DNA of 64,000 bases from Picochlorum sp. SENEW3 (Eukaryota): NCBI GenBank assembly GCA_034226945.1, contig CP120463.1, positions 496,001 to 560,000 of the forward strand, read 5' to 3'. Both the position numbers and the translations under genes were made by a program. Positions 36,401 through 51,400 of the stretch are shown here, piece after piece. Numbering within the stretch: position 1 is the stretch's first letter; every line of letters starts with the position of its first letter. The notes below the pieces were generated by a model. That model did not search any database, was not told the origin of the DNA, and saw nothing but the letters and a program-made list of their open reading frames with translations.

Positions 36401-39400
36401 TTACAACCCGAGTTTTGGAGATTTAGCCCGTGCCCTTCAAGATAGTAGTTAGCACTTGCGTAGTTTGATTGCCCAGGGGAGCCAATCAAAGGTGAAATCG
36501 AGGAAAAGAAATACGAGTCGGACGAAGGTGTGAGCTTGAAGATCCCGGATAGACTGTTCAAACTTGCAGACTTGGGCGCAAATACTCGCCTGATTCTGTA
36601 TGGATTCTGGCCACCGATTGCCTTATCATCATTCAATCCACCCGAATGAAAAATGGAGTAGAAGACCTCGCGTCTCCTGACGATTTCCTCCAAATCCCCA
36701 GTAAAACTCATATCCGACTTAAGCAGCGTCCCATCACTCACGGAGCCTGAAGTTCTCAAGCGGCCGGATCTTCCTGTGGCGAGAGTAAGGGAGGAGCCTA
36801 CCCGAATAGATTGGTATCTCAAGGTCAACAGGCCAATGCCATCTGTACCGCCTAAAATAATGCTCGTCTGTTTAGCTTGACTCCTGGGTTTAGTAATAAT
36901 ATTGGTTAATTTGGAAACAGCAAGTTGTGGGCGGAAGATTGCGCCCGCGTTGAGCGCGCAGCCGTCAGTTCCAACTACTTTTCCCATTGTCTTTGGGGCA
37001 TGCTTTGAAGCATGATCTAGTTGTACACTGGTCAAATTAAGCCTTTGACGAGACTCTGACTTTAAAACTCGATATAATGCCCATAACGATCGCTCCTGTA
37101 GGTCTAATGCCCCCTGAATTTTTGGTGTGATCTGGAAAGAGTTGCGTGCATGCAGTTCTAGATGCACAGCTCGTGTGGGTACCTGGGCTGCCAAAGTGGT
37201 GTGATTAATGCATGCCTCCGGTGGAAAAACTTTTGATTCCATCCTCACATTGACATTTCCAAATCCAATATATGTGTATCCAAGTATCTTAGCCCTATGA
37301 TCTGTTGGCAGGTCATCTGCGTGGTACTCGACAGAGTAGAGCTGGTCCTTTTCCATCTGCCCTGTTGATTCAGAGGCATTTCTGATAAATACCGGAGACT
37401 TTGTCTTGATTATTGAGCGTGATAGCTGTGTAGATCTTAGACCCTTCGTTATGACAGCATGGCCTTGTGACAATGATTCTCCAACGATGCTTGAAATCGT
37501 TACTGGACCTGATGTCTCCACACAACCAGATATGCTTGGACTTCTCTCAGTTGTGTCGCTAGAGTTTGAACTCACTGCAATACAAAAATCTAGCTGGGTT
37601 GGAATTGATGCAACAGATTCTTTTGAGATCGCTGCAAGAAGATGAAAATGGGTATCTAACTCAGCGGGGTGGATAGTGTGCCCATCGGCCATACAAGGCT
37701 TTACCGAAGCATTGGCTTTTGGAGACTCCGGAGCTGAGAGAACGTTCGAAATCTTCACTATTCTCTTCGTTTCCATTTTTTTGCCTGTTTGAATACTAGC
37801 AGGACTGTAAGCAGCCTCAAAGTATACGCGATCTGCTTTTTTTGTCTCATTCAGAGTGATTTCTCCAGACCTCAGTTCAATATTTGCCGCGACGACAACT
37901 TCCAAGTCTTTATCCGATAGTATATGAGGTGCTCTGAAAATTGATTTTTGCAGGCCCGAGTGGCCAGCCGTTTTAGTCATATTGATCATTGCGAAGCAGC
38001 AAAGTCCTATGTCAATCCAGAGTGCACCTGGGACGAGAGATCGTCCCTGGACATTGTGGTCGACGAGGTATGAGGCTTGAGGCTTCAAAATTACCAAGGA
38101 AAACTTTACTCCTTCTGGCGATCTCTTGTAAAATCTCATATGGAGGCTTGAAGGAAACAGAGGCCAATACTTTTGTTGCGATAGAAGGATATTGAAGTCA
38201 CTCTTCTTGCTCAAATATTCACCCACCTGATTATGGTGGGAAATGCTTGCATGCGCATTGGTTCCACCCATACCAAATGAGCTCGTTCCAAAGATGTCAT
38301 GTCGCCCTTCCATTCGAAGCGTTAACTCTCTTGAAACGTGGAGACACTCCGATAGCTCGGCAGAATTGAGTGTACTGCTAACATAAGGATTGATTTTTCG
38401 GAGATTTGCTACCGCAGAACTGTTCCTTGAGCCTAGGGACTTAGCACAAAGCAAGAGCCCTGTGAGCCCTGCTGCGCCTTCGGTGTGCCCTAAAATTGAC
38501 TTCGACGATGATATAGTCATTTTAAGTGTTTTAGAGTAGGCAATACTGCTAATGGCTTTGACCATTGCACTTACTTCGATCGGATCTCCCAACTCCGTGC
38601 CAGTGCCGTGGCATGAGTGCAGTGAATAATCCCCATCACCGGCTCTCTCCAAACTTCTCATAATCAACTCGGACTGCGAGTTACCGTTAGGGGCAGTTAT
38701 TCCATTGCTACGTCCATCCTGATTGATTAGTGAGCTACGTAACAAGGCAACGCTTTGATGCTTCGCGTCGAACTCTGCCAGAAGCATGGACACAATTCCT
38801 TCACCTCTGCCATATCCATCAGCAGTCGAGTCAAACGTTTTGCACCTCGCTGATTCAGAAAGTGCACCCATCTGACATATGCTAATTGTTGTAGACTGTA
38901 AAATAATGCTATTGACACCTGAAACGACTGAGTTTTGCAGTGCATCGTGCTGGATACAACGAGCGCCCTCATGGAGCGATACCAATGAAGAAGAGCAGGC
39001 TGTATCTGCACCAAGACTCGGTCCTTTGAAGTTGAAAGTATAAGAAATTCGAGCTGGTAGGTAGCTCAGTCCATTCCCAGTTATTAGGGATGCTGTTATG
39101 TTGGACCCGTGCGAGTATTGTAACTGAAGGTACTCTTGGTACATACATCCCACAAACACACCCGTGTTGAGGGCGATTTTTGATTGACTGGCAAATGATT
39201 TCCTTTGCAGGAACAAAACCTCTTCCATAAGAAGTCTCTGTTGTGGATCTATGTTTCCAGCTTCATGATCGGAAATGGAAAATAGCTCAGCGTCGAATAA
39301 ATCTATGGTTTTGAGGAACTTTCCAATCGCAACATAGGAGCATCTGGGTCCGCATTCGCTTCTAGGGGCGTAAATTGCATCATTATCCCATCTCTGCAGA

Positions 39401-42400
39401 TGACATATATAGTAAAAAGATATTTAGTGGTATAAATCATTCAAAAAGCTCTCCTGGGATGATAATTTAGTGCACACACCTGGTGAGGGACTGCAGAGCA
39501 GCCTTCATTGCTCAAGATGAAAGGATCACCCTCGCTGAAATCGCTTCCATCCCCAGCGTATCTGAAACAATAGCCTGTTATTTCAACGGTCGATTTACTG
39601 TCGTCCTCATGACTTCGGGAGACTAGAATATTGGGTTTAATATCTGGAGCATCTTGAGTTTGTGTTAAGTCTGTAGTGGGAAGGGTTTCAGTGATCAACG
39701 CAGCGATGGCGTCGATAGTTGGCGCATCATAGAGCAAAGTTGCAGGTAGATTCAGTCCAAAGCGAGCATTTATCTGGTCAACAATGTCCAAAGATACAAG
39801 CGAATCAACACCGGCTTCGAACAAAGGTAGATTATTAGGTACCTCCGCTCCAAGGATATTCTTCACCGTAGCAGAAACAGTTATCACAATCTCAAGTCTG
39901 CCTTGGTCGATCCCATGTGGCGTGCGGCTTATAGAAAGAGATTTACTTTTGCTTTGCAGAGTATCGATCTGCTTGAGAGACTTAACGACAAAATTTGACA
40001 TGAACACGAATACAACTTTTTCCTGTCCCTCCAGTCTCATGTCCGATGAAATTTCCTCTTCTGAATACGCTGACTCGCTGCAGCATGTCAAGACATCTTC
40101 GGAGACTCTATCCTGACGCTGATATTTCGCAGATTCGAGCATCGTAGGAAGGAAAAGGGAATCATTTGGCTTCATTCCTCCAGCCAGAACATGTGAAGCC
40201 GCATCGAGTACATTGGGACCGATTTCTTCTGGTGTCGTCGACTTTTGAGTACATCCTATGGGCATTAGGGTTCGGCGATCTGATAAAGCCGATAAAAACA
40301 TAATCCCCAGTGATCTCCGCGCGCCTCTGATGAAATGAGCGTACAACCTGTCCTTAACTGACATCTTTTTCTTGCTCAAACTGTTCTGCTCAAGATGCGA
40401 AGCAACAGTGGCTTCGGAAATGTTTGCTCCCTTGCCAATAAGCAACACTTGATTCTGTTTCACAACTATATCCAGCAGATTATGGGGCGAGCTTGAACCA
40501 ATGGTCATCGCCCTGTGGATCGCAAGATTTTGGATCACAAGGGAGAAGTTGCTGTTGTTGGAGACCGCGTCAATTGCTGCAAAAGAAGCCATTATCATGG
40601 CAGCAGCAGGGAAGACTATCTTGTCTCGCACAATATGTTCCAATATATAGGAAAATTTTGCTGTCAAGGCACAGGTGAAAGTCGCTGTGTCGCTTTCATT
40701 AGTTGCACAGACGCTTAAGAGTCTGTTACTTGCAACAGCATACCAGAATCTTGATTTCCTCCATTGAAACATGTATTCAGATTTCCGACAGTATCCCTTA
40801 GACGTCGATATAATGATGTGCGAGTTGGTTCCTTGGAAAGCAAAAGCGCTCACTCCTTGGTAAGCATCAGTAGCGTTGGTTAGAAGGATTGCTGATTGTC
40901 GTTGTATCTTTGGTAACGACTTATCAACGGACTCATCCTTTGCAATATATCGATTTAGACTCTTTAGGTGCTGTACTGGGGAGGCTTGCTCAAACTTAAG
41001 TTGAATTGCGGCATGGTACAAACCAACAAAGCCTGATGCAGGCTCTAAGTGCCCATGAATAGATTTTGCTGCGGAGGCCGTTTTATTCGACATGGCCTCT
41101 TTAAACACGTTCTGCAGTGCTCTCGTCTCAATTGGATCCCCCAGCGCAGTACCTGTTCCATGCAGCTGCAAGGCCTTAATGCTGCTATGGCTTGCTGTGC
41201 CTGCCGCAAGTGCCCCGAGGATAACTTTTTGCTGGCTTGGTCCGTTCGGAGCAGTGAGCGTATTTGTTCTACCATCCTGGTTCACAAAAGAAGAAACCAT
41301 TAAAAACTTGTCACCGAAGCAAAGTGAGATCTCATCATTGACTATCTTGGACCTTTCCATCGCCAGCGCCGCGACACCTTCGGCTCGAACATATCCGTCA
41401 GCAGAGGAGTCAAAGGTTTTGCAACGACCATCTTTAGAGAGCATACCGGAAACATTGGTACTTCGAGTGGTGTCCGATGAAAGCATCATATTCACAGTCG
41501 AGGAAATTGCGCCCGAACTTCGTGCATTCAGGATGTCTTGTCGCCCAAGATGTGCTGCACAAAGAGCAGAAGAGCATGCAGTGTCCACACTCATTGATGG
41601 GCCCTTTAATGAGAACGTGTACGATATTCTCCCAGCAGCAACACTGAAAGCACTGCTTGTTGCTGAAAAAGCATTCATCTCTCTATTGTGTAGAGCATAT
41701 AGATGAATGTATTCAGCATGTTGCATGCCGACATACACGCTAGTATTAGTGTTAGTTGCTTCCTTGAAGTCTCGTTCGCTGCAGGCTTCAAAAACTAGTT
41801 CTAACATCGCTCGATGCTGTGGATCCAGTACACGTGCTTCATTGGTGGACATTGAGAATGCCATGTTATCGAAGTATTCTATGGAGTCGAGCCAAGATCC
41901 GAAGGGAATAGAGGAGCCTTCATCAAATGCGAAGGCACATCTATACACAGGGCCGCAGGTCACAGCATCATTGTTGACTGTCTGGGGAAGACGAGCGTAC
42001 AGCGAGGCAATGACCAAGTTCTTCTCCGTGTCGACCTCTGTAGCAATTCCAACGGTCTCCTCATGGAAAGATGTGCGTTTTGAGCCAAACTGTCGATCTA
42101 GATAGTCTACAAGGGCTATGAATGTAGGGTAATCGTACAATAGAGTGGCCGGAAGAGCGACACCCATCAGCTCGGACAATTGATTTGATACCTCGACCAC
42201 GGTCAGTGAATCGAGGCCTACTAACTCCGCACTCTCCCCAGATTCTCCTATTGTTCCATGCAATGCACTATTTACCACCTCAATGATAGAGGCCCTGGTC
42301 ATTCTCTTGACCCCTTCCAACTCAGCACAGGTTCTTTGCTTATCTGGATGTCTCTCTGACACCCTTCTATCTGCTGCCACATCACCTGGAACCTCCGCGG

Positions 42401-45400
42401 GGAGCATATCGAGCAATCCAATGCTCCCTCTATGCGTTAAGTGGTTCACAAGATGCCTCTCGCTAATTTTGGCATAGACAATGGTGGCACACGCACCGCA
42501 AGCCTGAAAACCTTTAACCAGTGCACTAGGACGCAGCGCGCCCAGGCCCAATAATCTCATCTCACCGCTGCATTTGCAAGTCAGGGTCATAAATTTAGGA
42601 ATTAACTACCTAGAGATAGCTCATATCGATTCATCCGTACCTATAATCTGCAGCCATTCCAATTTCAGCGAAGGGGCCAAAAGCCACCGCCTTGACATTT
42701 CGCCCGACCGATGTGTGCCACTCTGCTGTCTTTAACTGGAAAACTGAGGCTGCTGCATAATGAGAGCCACCACTCTGTGACCAAATGCCAGAAATAGAGG
42801 ATATTATCATTGTTTTAATCACAGGGAATTCCATCGAGCAAGTCAAACTGTGTACTTTACAGGATGTTGTCTCATTGAAACAATGTTCATCCATATCTAC
42901 AATATAGCGTGGCACCATCATTCCAGCAGCATGGACCACAATATGAACAGGTGGCATATTCTCAGCAATCCATAAAAAGAGTTGATTAACTGACTCTGGT
43001 ACAGACCAGTCACAAATTCGAACTATTACTGAGTGAGCTTTTTTATTTAGTTCTAACAATGCATCTTTTTCAATCACTCCCGACAAAGAAGTCAGCAAAA
43101 GCACGCATTCTTTCTGTGCAAATTGCTTTGCAGCAAAGAGTCCCAATCCGCGGGTGCCTCCAGATATGACTATACATCGGGTTGTACTGCTGAGTGTGTG
43201 ACGAGACCGCTCAGCTCTTCTTGGCTGCGTCGATCTCACAAGGCGGTCCGTGGATATGCAATTCTCGTGAACATCGATTGAAAACTCCGAGGATATACTT
43301 AGAGCTGCCTTTATCATTGTTGTCGAGATACAATTCGATCGTATATTTATCATTGGTTGATGAAAATCTCGTCTGCACTCCAACATAGCAGTCATTGAGA
43401 CGCCTTGGGCAAGAGCCGCACATGGCAAATGGCTGGTTCGGTTATCCATCTCTGGAAGAGATACAAGGCTGTGCTTTACTTGAATATCAAGTAAACCACA
43501 CAACTCATAAAACCAGATCATGCTTGACTTATATGGGCTGAGAATATTCTTGTTTTCATCCACTAGGCCAAACACGTGCGTCGAATCGGATAAAGAGCAA
43601 ACAGCCATCATCTGATCCAAGCTAGACACCGCGATCTCTGGTACATCTGTAAAAGATGCCTTCAACTCGCAGGAAACACCGATTTTTAAATGCTTTATAT
43701 CTCCTGATGTTGGAGTGGGCTCAAGAGGATCCCCCAAACTTCGATGTCCCTGCTGCTCGAAGGACAGGACCTTAAGGATTCCTTCTGTAATTGCTGGCCT
43801 CATCCTGATATGTCTGGAGACATACTCTGCCTCTGAGACATGGTTATTTGTGGCCCCTGCCAAGTGCATACTAAATGATTCTGCTCTTATCGTTTGGATA
43901 TCGTGTCTAAAACTTTTTGCGATGTGTGAACAGGCAATCGCACAATAATCGAAGGGAATAGAAAGTTGTGTTCCAAGAGGTATTCTGCTGCTGCAATTTT
44001 CATAGAAATAGAGTGCAGACGATGCCTCCAAGACATTTAAAGATTTTTCAGTGCCAATAACATGGCACATATCTGCAATGAGAGGCCTGCCGGAATCTAA
44101 TACGTCGATACTCAGCTTCCAGCCAAGCGCTTTATTCTTAGGCATAGGTTGATTTTGTGACCCGGCAAGAGAATGCAAGCACTGTAACTTATTCTGCAGC
44201 AAATGCTCCCCTAATCTGACTTCGCAGACACCGTATATATCAAAGGAAATGCTATTCACATGATCTTCAGTATCCTGCACTGTTCTGCGGCCCACATTCC
44301 TGCAGAAAACCAATTTTGCCGAGGCAGAAAATTCTTGGAATGTCTCTGAAATCATGGCAAAGGATGTCATTTCTGGCACCTGAAGACAGTTTATCGGATA
44401 AAAAAAATTCATTGCAGTATAGTGGACTGAGGTTTTGCGTATGGAGAGGACTTTATAGACGTTAGCCATGGGAGGGATTGTGGAAAGTACTGCCTTCTTC
44501 CATGCGGCATCATCCAGTTTCCGAGCCATTTGACCAAAAGAACTTGCTTGGCATACAGTATGAGCATTTGTACCCTATATAGTAATATTAGTTATCATTA
44601 ATTAGTTTTCGTAATAGTCTCATATAGCATTTTGGACAAGCATGGTAATATTTTATGGCGCACCTGGAACGCGAAGGAACTAGCTCCCAGAAGACGTTGG
44701 TCACAATGCCTAGCAATTGGGGCATCTTGTCTGGCCTGGAATACGTTTGATCCCTGATTTTCCAGCATACGATCTATGTAACTATTTATGAACCTTAAAT
44801 GACGGATTTGCTGAACAGAATTTCTGCGCGGCTGCTGTACAACATTTACCACTGACAAGAGCCCAGCCGCTGTTTCACAGTGGCCATAATCTGTTTTCGA
44901 CGCCGAAAAGGTTATATACTTGCTGGGAGAGGTTTGAAGAATTGATCCATATTCGATTGGATCCCCTAACTCTGTGCCAGTTCCATGCATTTCGATATGG
45001 AACTCAACCGCCGATATTTTTGAGTTCTCCAAAGCAGAGAGGATCACTCTTTGCTGGGCGGGACCGTTTGGTGCTGTCAAACTGCCGCTCTTCCCATCTT
45101 GCCCCACGGAGGTTCCGAATACTGCGCCTAAATTTTCCTCCTGCATATAGGTCAGCAGCATGGAGGTACATGATTCCGAGCGTACGTATCCATTTGCCTC
45201 AGCATCTAGAGTTTTGCACCTCCCGTCAAGTGACAACATCCCTGAAAGCGAGAAAAGCATTGTCTTTGTGGGAGTCAATATTGCATTCACCCCTGAAGCA
45301 ATACCTTCCTGGTATCTAGACCATTTCATTTCATTGTATGCATAATGGAGTGCTACCATGGAGGAAGAGCATGCTGTATCAATACTTGCACAAGGACCAT

Positions 45401-48400
45401 TCAGATCAAACAAGTATGATATTCGGCCGGAAGCAACACTATTTGCGCAACCTGAGGCGGAGTATACGTTCGCATCGATCCAAGTGACATGATATTGGTA
45501 GTCTGGGGCGCCGATGCCTACCATGACTGAACAACTTTTCGAAACGGCGACAGATTGTGATATTTCAAGAGAATTCTCCAATAAAAGTCTTTGTTGTGGA
45601 TCGATACTAAGAGCCTCGGTCAGTGATAATTTGAACAGAAGATGGTCAAATGCAAACAAATCTCTCAAAAACACTCCAAACCTTACTATGAGCTTATGGT
45701 TGACGACTGGGTCATCGTTGGTGTTCCATCGGCAAATCGGTGTGCCAATAACTTTATCTGTATTTTCTGTGACTGATTTGTCTATGGTGGCCTTTTGTGC
45801 AATGTACCGTATAAAAACAGGCTTTGACGTATCATTAAGGCCATTCTGCATTGATGTTCGAATCTTGTTTTGTTCGTTTCCGGTTTTATTGCCTTCGAAA
45901 TTTAAGAGAACATGACCACTCAAAGCTCGGACTGTTGGATAGTTTAGAATTTCAGTTGCATCTATATTGTAAGGATAAACCTTATTGAGGGAATTCTGCA
46001 GTTCGACCAGACCCAAAGAATCCACACCAACATCCATGAATGGATCGTCCAACCCTATGGGTGCACCTGTGATTCCTTCTGCAATCTTTTGAATAGACAT
46101 TTGAATGCTATCGATATCCTCATACCTTGGGATATCTGAACGAGATCGAATGGCATTATTATTGGCTGCGAGGACTCCAGCAGTTTCTTCATGGATCTCA
46201 GCCAGGAAGTATGGAACAGAACCCACAAGTGTAAAGGTTCTCTTCCATTCCATTTTGAAAATAGGAACGGATGATATAGATAAAAAGTTCGCGTTCAGAA
46301 GCACGGATTTTAAACAATCTACAGCTTCCCAAGGCTCAAGAAATACAACCCCAGACCTGCTGGCTGCCTTACGCACAGCCTGCGTAGATGCCATTCCTTG
46401 TGACCAGGCGCCCCATTGAATCGACAAAGCGAGAATGCCTGTGGATCGGCATTCGCTCGAAAAGGCATCTAGAGCTCCATTAGCTGCACAATAATTGAGC
46501 TGACCCGCGGATCCGATCAAGGAGGCAATCGAAGAGAACAAGATGCATTTTTGCAACGGCAGGATACCTGTAGCACCTCGAAGGGATAGCTTTGGTGCTA
46601 GAACTTGGCGTATGCTCGACATATTTTGTGATTCAATAGCAGAATCTTTGGTTATACCTGCGGAATGAACTACACCAGTGATCGTCCTTCCATAGGAGTT
46701 TTCAATAATCAGATCCCAGTCTTCTCTAAATGACAAATCACATCCCAGGTGGGTAACTTCGCTTGATGTTTCTGACAAATGACCAAGTCTTTTAGGCTTT
46801 CTATTTATCAACTTTATCGTTTTCATCCCATACGAGATCAGAAAATCTGTTGCTACGACTCCAAGGTCGCCTGCTCCCCCTGTAATCAGCCATGGGTTGG
46901 CTGATTCTTCCCCCAGGGGTTTGGCATTTTTAATCATCAATTTCCCTACATGATTGGTATTGGAATATGCTTTCATCGCTGTTTGCACTGAAGAAATATA
47001 ATACTGGGTGTAATGCGGAAGTCGAACTCGCTGTTTTGCAAACAAAGTCCCTACTTCCTTGAGCAGGTTGTGAATGGTGCCCGGGCTAGCGTAATCAAGC
47101 GCCACAGTGTGCATCAAGACATCTGGCCTTTCTTGTGACATTCGGTGGCAACTCCAGATATTTCTTTTCCCCACTTCCAGAAAGGACCCTGAGAAAGCCA
47201 TGACAGCGGCTGACGCAGCAACCATTCCAGGGGACGTCAAGGAATTTATGACTCTGTCTACTTCTGATACTGATAAGGATATATCATCCACGAAAGTGGT
47301 CTTTCTCGAGTCTCCCAACGAGCGGCATCGGTAATTTTTCCTGACTACATGCCTCTTGTGACATGAACTTGCAGTAACAAACGAAGTACAATTTGCTGAC
47401 TGCGCCACTTCCAATAGAGCCATTCCAAGAGCCCCCGACCCTGCGTGTACCAAGATGCGGTCTCCACTTTTAACACCCTGAATGCACATCAAAGCCGTGC
47501 AATAGACCGTTGGCAGAGTGCATGCCTCGTCCAGTGACAGGGACCCAGGTACTTTGAGCAACATCTCTGGATGGCTTATGCCAACATGTCCACCCAAGCA
47601 GCCAGGTACAAATCCAAACACTCTGTCTCCTTGCTTCAGACCTGATTTTGAGCCAGACATAATCACACCTGAACAGTCAGATGCAATAGGCTGTGGATTT
47701 CCTGGATATAGACCCATAGCATTTAATACATCTCGGAAATTCAAGCCAACAGCATGAACACGCAGCGTTAAATCTGTATCACTCTTGTCTGAAGAGGGGT
47801 AGAAGTGCATATCAGTACTGGATCTTTGCAAAGTGAAAGACGATGGGATACTATCGTCCAAACTTTTTTCTAGCCTCGAATCAATTATGACAGAAGCAGA
47901 TATATGCCTTCCAAATTGACCAAACCGCTTTGAATCCTCACTATGGACTTTATGTGTAGATGTATCGCTCGTAAACGTCATGCACACATCTACTTCTCTC
48001 TCAGTTGCAACAGCCTTTACCATACCATGCAGAGCTCCACTCTTCAAGTTGATTTCATTAGCTCTATACGGATACTCCATTGCCATTGAGTGCTTCACTT
48101 CGCTGAAATAAAATCCCTTTCCTAACTGTAGTATTGATTTAATCTGCTGCAGTTTTGCCCCCAGATATTCAGGTATGCTGTGTGTCGCATCACTAGCCAG
48201 GCTGACTGCTCCTGTGCGGTCACCACCGACAGGGGCGGAAACCTCTTCCTTGACGCAGTAATTGAAATTATGTTCTTGGAGACCCACAGAAGGGTCGTAT
48301 CTGCGATAAAACGGTTTTAGCGTCACTTCATTCATTGTCAACTGACTAATCAATTCAGCTTTTAACTTCATGCTCGAAGCTGCAGCCAAGGCGTGTATCT

Positions 48401-51400
48401 CGCGACAGTTTGATGGACGTTGCCTGGCATGGACGCCCATGAAAGAAGTTGGTACCGCAAGATTTGTTTCTCCAAACCTGAAAATAGACAATGCTGATGC
48501 GGTATGCATGGAGCTATCTGCATAGAAGGGATCTATAGAGTGCGATTGCCTAGCTGAGTTGGCGGACGATATTCTGGCAATATTTGCGGTGGCAATTTCT
48601 TCTTTCCTCATGTCATAGATGCAAGGGGCGAATATCAATGAACAAAAATTCATATGCCGTCGTTTTGTAGGATATCGAGACATCCGCAGTGGTAGAACCT
48701 CGGAGGTGTCGGAGGAACAGCGCTGTCCTGTTCCTGACAAAATATTTAATCGTCCCTGCACTAGACTGAAGGAACATTGGATGTCCAAGTCAGCCACAGA
48801 GCTCAAAAGAAGCGGTGAAGTAATAACGGCTGATATTGCAGACTTTCTTTGCTTGTTATCCTCTATACCCAAGTCAATGCAGCTAGAGCAAATATCCAGA
48901 AACCCTGTCCCAGGAAATATTGGCTGTCCTCGCACTGTATGCTGGTATAAATCGGGTACTTTTGAAAGCGAGATTTGGAACAAGACAACATCGGTAGATA
49001 TCGACAATACTTTTCTTGTTAATGTTCTGTGGATCGCCGGAAGCCAGTATTGGTCTCTAACAAAAGGAAGACGCCTAGAATTAAAGGGTCCGCCCCTACC
49101 TGCCTGGCAAGAGAACACAGCGTGTGCGTTGACGCCGCTCATTCCGAAAGAGCTCGTGGAGGCAAAGCCAGTCTCAGTTGCAATGCTACCAGAAAGTTCC
49201 CTTGGGAACGACTGCGACCCAGCACTGTCATTTCCCCCTTCATTCGTTAACAGTTTTGAGATGTGAGGGTTTAGGCCGATTAAATGTGTTATGGGTGCAA
49301 CGGACATTCCTTTCAAGTGGGACAACGCCAATATACCTCCAGCAAGTCCTGCGCTCCCCTCCGTATGCCCAACCATCGACTTGGAGGACAGAATATATTT
49401 TGGAGGAGCGTGTTCAACCCCATAGCCCTTCATGATTGCGCCAACTTCAATGGGGTCTCCCAAAGATGTCCCAGTTCCATGAGATGAGATGGATGAAATA
49501 TCACCTCCTTGAAGTGATGCTTCGCGAAGAGTTTGTCTAATAAGAGCCGCCTGCGAAAGGCCATTTGGAGCAGTTAATCCACTTGATCTACCTGAGTGAT
49601 TGAATGAAGTTCCACGAATAATGCCTATGCTGCTATTGCTTGGTTTCTTGTCTCTGCCAAGAGCCATTGTAGTAACCCCTTCACCTCTACCGTAGCCATT
49701 AGCTACGGAAGAGAAGGCTTTGCACCTTCCATCTGGGGAAAGCGCATTAAGCTGACCTATTGCATTCATTGTATCCGAGAATGTTATCGTAAAAACCCCT
49801 GCAACCACTGAGCTCTGACAGTCCCGATCCTGAAGTGCTCTCCTCCCCAAGTGCATTGCGACAAGCGATGAAGAGCAAGCAGTATGCGTCGACACACAAG
49901 GTCCAACAAGGGAGAAAGAGTACGAAATCCTCCCTATGAGAAAGTCCATTCCATTTCCTGTTGTTATTGATGGCTGGATTGGAACTCCCTCTCGGGAAAG
50001 ATACTGTATGTATTCCATGTGCATGACACCAACGAACCTGCAACGCAATACACCGAGAGGACTCAATCGCAACACCAGATGAACGCCAATCATCAATATC
50101 ACTCTCTTACAATCCTGTGGAATTTCTCGAGGATGAATTCCAGTCAGTTTCGACCAAGACGCCCAAGGTCTCTTCGAGCAAAAGCCTCCCCTGGGGATCT
50201 AGTCCTTTGGCTTCGGAAGGTGCAATTTTGAACATCTCTGGATCGAAAGCTTCCAGATTTTCAAAATACCGTCCCATATAGTACGAATTACCACCTGAAT
50301 AGGGAGATGCACTTAGTTGATTGATACACGCTGTCTTTGAAGGTAATACAAGAGAGTATGCACATACCTTCAAAAAGGTGCATCCTTTGTTCCCTGTCCC
50401 ACCGGTTCAGCGGGACAGTCCTCACATTATCAACTTCTGATGGTGAGGCACAATTAAAGTTGTACAAAGTTCGCATTGCATTGTTAGGGAAAGAGTATGA
50501 TACAGAGAGTATTTCGGTGTTCACCATGTCCCCCGAGCTTTCCCCAGGAACCAATGAAATTATGCCAACACCATTAGGTTCCGGAGCGAAACTAGATGCA
50601 ATTCCATCTGCTAAAGCACGTGCGTCTGCATAGTCAAAAAATTGTGATACAGGTATATCAAAATCAAACCTTGCACGAATCTTTTCAGACAATGCCTGTA
50701 AATTCATTGAGTCCAGTCCGGCCGAGAACATAGGTTGATCTGGGGCGATGCTCAATCCCAAGGACTCTATGATGTCTTGTAGCTCTTGTAGAACTTCAAA
50801 CGCTGTCATCACTTTTTTTCTGGGTTTGGGTACACCATGGATGGGCTGTTTCTCAATCACAATTCTCAAGATGTCTGGGATTGTCTTCATCGAACTACCA
50901 ATCTTTATCCAATCAAAAGTGTTGATCATCAATGTTGAGGCCCTCGGGCCTTCTTTGATATCATTTGCTATTGCCAGTAAGAGATTGTTCATCTCATCAA
51001 GCGCATTGTCGGGCTGTATCAGGGCTAGCCCCATCTGAGACATTTTCTGAACGAACCCCTTGTCCTCAGCTGCCATACCCCTTCCTCCCCAATTGCCCCA
51101 CTGAACAGCAATGCTTGGGATTCCGATCATACTTCCATAATCTCCCCATTCATCTAGTGCCCCATTGGCGGCAGCATATACTGACTGTCCGTGCACACCA
51201 CTAAAAGCAGCGATTGACGAGAACATCTGCAACGCATCAATTGGTAGAGCAGTGGACAATCCATAGATTATGCTAGCTCCCCTCACTTTCCCTGCAAAAA
51301 CATTTCGAATACTTTGAACAGTTATATTTGGAATTAATTTGGAGTCTAACTGCCCTCCAGCATGCATTACACCTGTCACTGGGCTATCCCTGGAAGCATA

